A DNA stretch of 64,000 nt from Okamejei kenojei (Eukaryota), in NCBI GenBank assembly GCA_035221665.1, contig CM069133.1:78430001-78494000 (forward strand), read 5' to 3'. A program made the position numbers and the translations under genes. The stretch's first letter is position 1. The number at the start of each line of letters is the position of its first letter. Below the pieces are notes generated by a model. That model did not search any database, was not told the DNA's origin, and saw only the letters and a list, made by a program, of their open reading frames with translations. Below are positions 59,960 to 64,000 of the stretch, in pieces.

Positions 59960-62900
59960 ACCAAGATGGCGCCTGCCTGCGGCGACTTTTGCGGAGCACC
60001 AGAACAGAAAAGATTTACCTACAATTTTAATCAACCTGCATCCGGGAAACGGCAGTAATCGGTGCCGTTTAAAACAGGCTGCTTGGGCAGCTGAAAGCGC
60101 TGGCAATTTCGCAATCTCCTGCAGCTGCGGGAGTCCCGGACTTTAAATCTTCCCACGCTGGCTGTGAAACTCCCGACCCGACTGAGGATCCCAGGTACGG
60201 TACCTGATAACCCCGGGATGACCTCCAGAGCCGACGGGCTGGATCTCCCAGAAACAATGAAGCTGGAGCTGCCGACTTTGGGGGAGCCCCCTTTCGTTAC
60301 GGAGCTGGAGCTGCTGTCTGTCAGGGAATTCCTGTTCCAGCGCAGGTCCGCAGAAACAGCAGGTACAGTAAACTCAGTATCTGGAAACAAAGGGAAAGCC
60401 TCCATTGTGTCCGGAAACATGGCCGTCGGGCAGGACTTCAGGTCAGACTGAAGTGCAGGGGACTTCGGCCCCCTCTCCCTACTATCCTACTGGCCAATGT
60501 ACAGTCCCTTGAAAACAAAGTGGAGGAATTAAGGGCAAGACCGCTTTATCAAATGGAGCTGAGGGAATGCTCCATACAGAGACATGGCTCACCCCCAGCT
60601 CCCCAGACTCAGCGGTCCAGCGTGAAGGGTTCTCCATCCACCGTATGGGCCGTACACTGGCATCGGGGAAAGGGAGAGGAGGGGGCGTCTGCCTCATGGT
60701 CAACTCTGCGTGGCGCTCAGACATGGCAGTCCTGTCCAACTCCTGCTCTCCACACCTCGAACATCTGGCGGTGAAGTTACGTCACTTCTACCTTCCGAGT
60801 GAATTCACCTCCATCATCCTGACCGCGGTCTACATTCCACCCCAGGCACTAGAGGAGCTGCACGCCGTGGTCAATAAACACCAGACGTCTTACCCCGAGG
60901 CATTTACCACCATTGCTGGGGACTTCAATAAGGCAAATCTCATGAAACAACTCCCCAACTTCCACCAACATGTCTCCTGCTGCACCAGAGGACCAAACAC
61001 CCTCGACCACTGCTACACCACAATCAAGAATGCCTATCGTTCTATCCCTCGCCCTCACTTTGGGAAATCCGACCATACCGCGGTGCTGCTTCTTCCTGCC
61101 TACAGGCAGCAATTGTAGAGCGCACCCCCAGAGGTGAGGACAGTACAGAGCTGGTCGGGGGGGGGGGGGGGTGGGGGGGGGGGGGTGAGGGCAGAGGAAC
61201 AACTCCAGGACTGTTAGGAGTCTGTAGACTGGGCAATGTTCAAGGACTCGGCAACGGACTTGAACGAATACGTCACAGACTGACCAGAGTTGAACAGTTG
61301 TTACCGACTTTAAAAATAAATGTGTGGAGGACTGCATCCCTACAAAAACCTTCCGAGTGTTTCCCAATCAGAAACCTTGGATGAACTTTGAGATCCGCAC
61401 TATTCTGAATTCCAGACACAGAGCAGTCACGTCTGATGATACAGTGGACTACAAGATACGATCTTGGTAAGGCCATCAAAAAGGCCAAAAGGGACTTCTG
61501 CTCCAAACTGGAGGATGAGACAGATGTTCGGCAGCTGTGGCGGGGCCTGAATGCAATCACTTCCTACAAGGCGAAACCAGGAGGAAGCTCGAATGTCGGC
61601 GAAACATCACTCCCTGATGAGCTCAATGCGTTTTACGCACGCTTTGATAGGGAGAATACTGATGTGCCTTCCCGAGCCCCCATTCGCTGTGATGGTATTT
61701 CAGTCTCAGTCACAGGGGCCGACGTCAGGAAATCCTTCAGAGGGGTGAACCCTCGAAAAGTGCCTGGACCATATGGTATACCCGGTCGTGTTCTAAAAAC
61801 CTGCGCGGACCAACTGGCTGGTGTTTTTAGGGACATTTTCAACCTCTCACCTCTGAGGACTGAGGTCCCCACCTGCTTTAAAAGGGCATCAATTATACCA
61901 GTGCCCAAGAAGAGTAAGGTGACGTGCCTCAATGACTATCGACTAGTGCCACTAATGCCTTTGGTGATGAAGTGCTTTGGGAAGTTGATCATGGAGCAAA
62001 TCAACTCCCACCTCGACAAAACCTGGACCCACTGCAGTTCGCTTACCGCCACAACAGATCAATGGTGGATGCGATCTCGCTGGCCCTTCACTCCGCTCTG
62101 GACCACTTGGACAACAAAAACTCATATGTCAGGTTGTTATTCATCGATTACAGCTCGGAATTTAATACAATCATCCCCTTCAAGCTGGTTACCAAACTCG
62201 CAGAACTGGTTCTCTGCGCATCCCTCTGCAATTGGATCCTCGACTTCCTCATTCACAGACCACAGTCGGTTCATATTGCTGGAAATGTGTCAGCCTCGAT
62301 AACAATCAGCACGGGAGCACCTCAAGGCTGCATGCTCAGCCCCCTGCTGTACTCACTCTATACTCATGACTGCGGTCACAGTGCGAACTCCATCATCAAG
62401 TTCGCTGACGACACCATCGTTGTGGGACGTATCACTGATGGGGATGAGTCAGAGTATAGAAGAGAGATCGAGCAACTGTCCATATGGTGCCAGCACAATA
62501 ACCTGGCCCTCAACACCAGAAAAACCAAATAACTGATTGTGGACTTTGGAAGGAGAAGGATAGGGACCCACAGTCCCGTCAATGGGTCGAAGGTTGAAAG
62601 GGTCAAGAGCTTCAAATTCCTGGGCGTGCACATCTCTGAATATCTTTCCTGGTCCGAGAACACTAATGCATTTATCAAGAAAGCACATCAGCGCCTTTAC
62701 TTCCTGAGAAGATTACGGAGAGTCGGTTTGTCAAGGAGGACTCTCGCTAACTTCTACAGGTGCACAGTAGAGAGCTTGCTGACTGGTTGCATCGTGGTTT
62801 GGTTCGGCAACTTGAGCGCCCTGGAGAGGAAAAGACTTCGAAAAGTAGTAAACACTGCCCAGTCCATCATCGGCTCTGACCTTCCTTCCATCGAGGGGAT

Positions 62901-63250
62901 TTATCGCAGTCACTGCCTCAAAAAGGCTGGCAGCATCATCAAGAACCCATACCATCCTGGCCACACACTCGTGTCCCTGCTACCTTCAGGTAGAAGGTAC
63001 AGGAGCCTGAAGACTGCAACGACCAGGTTCAGGAATAGCTCCTTCCCCACAGCCATCAGGCTATTAAACCTGGATCGGACAAAACTCTGATCATTAATAA
63101 CCCATTATCTATTATTTGCACTTTAAGAGTTTATTTATTCATGCGTGTATGTATTTATATAATGATATATGGACACACTGATCTGTTTTGTAGTAAATGC
63201 CTACTATGTTCTGTGTGCTGAAGCAAAGCAAAAATTTCATTGTCCTATCA
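59960..63250 (+). mobile_element. near-full-length Rex1/Babar-clade non-LTR retrotransposon (APE endonuclease + RT), disrupted
   Basis: AAGATGGCG 5' end; LPTILLANVQSLENK, TETWL, GDFN, TLDHCY, SDH (APE); [27 protein letters not shown] (RT); several frameshifts and stops, and a G tract at ~61157-61184. Confidence 0.9.
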
Positions 63251-64000
63251 GAGATTGAGACCATGCTTATTGTCAAAGCACAAAATGCTAAAGGAGCTCA
63301 GAGAGTCAGGCAGCACCTGTGGAGGGAATGGACAGTCACCAATCCATTCCCTCCCAGATATTGCCTGACCAGATGAGTTCATCCAGAACTTTGTGTTTTA
63401 CTCAAGATTCCAGCAAACGCAGGCTCTCACATCTCCATGCCTTTTGTCACATGGACTACTTGATACGCCTCTTCATTGTAACGGTAGCTGCCTCCTGAAA
63501 CTCACTGACACGGAAGCTGTGACAACATCAAATAATATTCTTCCTTTGCACAAAAAGTCACAGATGTGAAGGAGTTAATTGAGAAAAACAAAGTCTAGAC
63601 AAGTTCTTCAACTTCTCCAGGATTGCAGGCCACTGTGAGGTTTGACATTTTGATAAATTGTAACCTAATTTTTCTGAGACAAGCTGCAGATGAAAGCAGA
63701 ACTTGAGCATCACATTCCAAGGCAAGTCAATGCAAACAACACAAGTGCCTTGCTTGTCTCGCTGAATCAAATCTAAATTAACAGTTAATTTCCAACACTT
63801 CATTTTAGTGACAAGCAGTGCTGCGTGAAGGGGGAAGCATTGTTCCAAGTGTGATTAGAAATCCTAAGGAGGGATAGAGAATTCATTTCACTCGGTGATA
63901 TCAGTTTAGATGTCTGTGGGAGGACTTGAACCTCAAAAAAAACAGTGAAGAATTTGAATGCATAGCCTCCAAGCACAGTCAACAGGGAGTAGCAATGCTA

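Overview
Eukaryotic, repeat-dense, essentially non-coding DNA. The repeat inventory (HE1-like tRNA SINEs, Deu-domain SINEs, CR1 LINEs, Penelope, Rex1/Babar) suggests a cartilaginous fish, probably a skate or ray; this is inferred, not proven. No conventional host exon could be identified, and almost all listed ORFs are transposon remnants or chance ORFs. Main elements: (i) a DIRS1-type tyrosine-recombinase retrotransposon at 21984-26523 (minus) with an intact recombinase ORF, an RNase H + Dam-like methyltransferase ORF, a deleted RT N-terminus and an internal complementary region, plus a second partial DIRS at 42.2-43.7 kb; (ii) Penelope-like elements and many short derivatives carrying minimal hammerhead ribozymes, with 11-22 bp target duplications; (iii) four non-autonomous Helitrons or Helitron ends, three PIF/Harbinger MITEs, a hAT element, a Tc1 relic, a Gypsy pol relic and a near-full-length Rex1/Babar LINE. 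The most striking unexplained structure is a ~1 kb inverted duplication at 35.7-38.4 kb. It contains a candidate 9-nt neural-type microexon in each arm, and both arms received independent ribozyme-retroelement insertions at almost the same homologous position. Coordinates were read by eye, and boundaries of old repeats are approximate.
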